Assembly: GCF_036971445.1 (NCBI RefSeq)
Contig: NC_091470.1
Coordinates: forward strand, 96,534,001-96,598,000
Reading direction: 5' to 3'
DNA length: 64,000 nt
Source: Narcine bancroftii
Taxonomy: Eukaryota
Under the pieces are notes generated by a model. It saw only the letters and a list, made by a program, of their open reading frames with translations. It was not told where the DNA came from and did not search any database. Position 1 is the stretch's first letter. Every line of letters starts with the position of its first letter. This document shows positions 63,828 to 64,000 of the stretch, in pieces. Position numbers and translations under genes: made by a program.

Positions 63828-64000
63828 CCATGGGTCCTCTACCGGCACCACCTACGGCTCCTAGAACGCTTCCACCAGCGTTGTCTCCGCTCCATCCTCA
63901 ACATCCATTGGAGCGCTCACACCCCTAACGTCGAGGTACTCGAGATGGCAGAGGTCGACAGCATCGAGTCCACGCTGCTGAAGATCCAGCTGCGCTGGAT
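63828..64000 (+). mobile_element. RTE-clade LINE, runs off the window
   Basis: WVLYRHHLRLLERFHQRCLRSILNIHW...EVLEMAEVDSIES; overlapping part matches 52830-52915. Confidence 0.85.

Overview
Repeat-dense vertebrate genomic DNA. The repeat inventory (HE1-like V-SINEs, CR1, Rex1/Babar-like, L1/Tx1, RTE, Penelope) suggests a cartilaginous fish, probably a ray; this is inference. The only intact CDS is an intronless neuropeptide Y receptor of the Y1 subfamily, most like NPY8R (35042-36157 +). It has a probable non-coding CpG-island first exon, three uORFs and a 1.6-kb G-rich minisatellite upstream. A CpG-island promoter at 1.1-1.5 kb drives exon 1 of a mitochondrial-targeted protein (minus strand, COX5B-like) and possibly a divergent transcript. 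The right third of the window holds an unannotated, decayed multi-exon gene on the minus strand (about 39.6-63.5 kb). Its remnants read ankyrin-like, FGxGK, kinase DIWSFG and a long tail, a TEX14-like architecture, and its exons are broken by LTR and L1 insertions. Notable mobile-element structures are a near-full-length L1 nested in an RT-deleted L1, a twin-primed inverted L1, a deleted gypsy element with solo LTRs, a Chapaev3-like and hAT non-autonomous transposons, and a 5S-derived SINE. Family assignments come from recalled motifs, not database searches. Boundaries of repeat fragments without a TSD are approximate.
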